Positions 63,951 to 64,000 of a DNA stretch of 64,000 nucleotides are shown here, piece by piece. Source of the DNA: Magallana gigas (lineage: Eukaryota); assembly GCF_963853765.1 (NCBI RefSeq), contig NC_088855.1, positions 15,438,001-15,502,000 of the forward strand. Reading direction: 5' to 3'. The notes beneath the pieces are model-generated. The model saw only the letters and a list, made by a program, of their open reading frames with translations. It was not told where the DNA came from and did no database searches. The stretch's first letter is position 1. Every line of letters starts with the position of its first letter. Position numbers and translations under genes: made by a program.

Positions 63951-64000
63951 AAGAACTATATATGATATTAGTCAAATTTGGCCTTCATAATTCGCTATTT
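63951..64000 (+). mobile_element. Start of a third, more diverged copy of the ~577-bp MITE (truncated by the window end)
   Basis: AAGAACTATATATGATATTAGTCAAATTTGGCCTTCATAATTCGC matches the 5' end of the copies at 41625 and 52045. Confidence 0.75.

Overview
AT-rich eukaryotic genomic DNA with spliceosomal GT-AG introns, almost certainly an invertebrate. The repeat families point to a bivalve, probably an oyster (Crassostrea/Magallana), but this is inferred rather than proven. Four multi-exon genes could be rebuilt by hand with every splice phase consistent: CAMTA (+, about 8224-25612, 20 exons, about 1356 aa), condensin I subunit NCAPD2/CAP-D2 (+, 35140-49300, 31 coding exons, 1479 aa), a Golgi type II carbohydrate sulfotransferase (+, 51423-56448, 4 exons, 389 aa) and a secreted matrix metalloproteinase (-, 56783-63325, signal-peptide exon not found in the window). 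An intronless orphan gene (32183-32527, 114 aa, coiled coil plus very acidic tail) with its own TATA box, Kozak start and poly(A) signal lies between CAMTA and NCAPD2; it is the most novel-looking element. The rest is non-autonomous DNA transposons (Helentron carrying a ~168-bp satellite, Harbinger-, Tc1/mariner- and Kolobok-like MITEs, a 2-kb element with perfect 23-bp TIRs), tRNA-like fragments, minisatellites and microsatellites. The palindrome TACATGTA is strongly over-represented and matches the classic Tc1/mariner excision footprint. No prokaryotic features, CRISPR arrays, rRNA or intact tRNA genes were found. All coordinates were counted by hand and may be off by a few bases.
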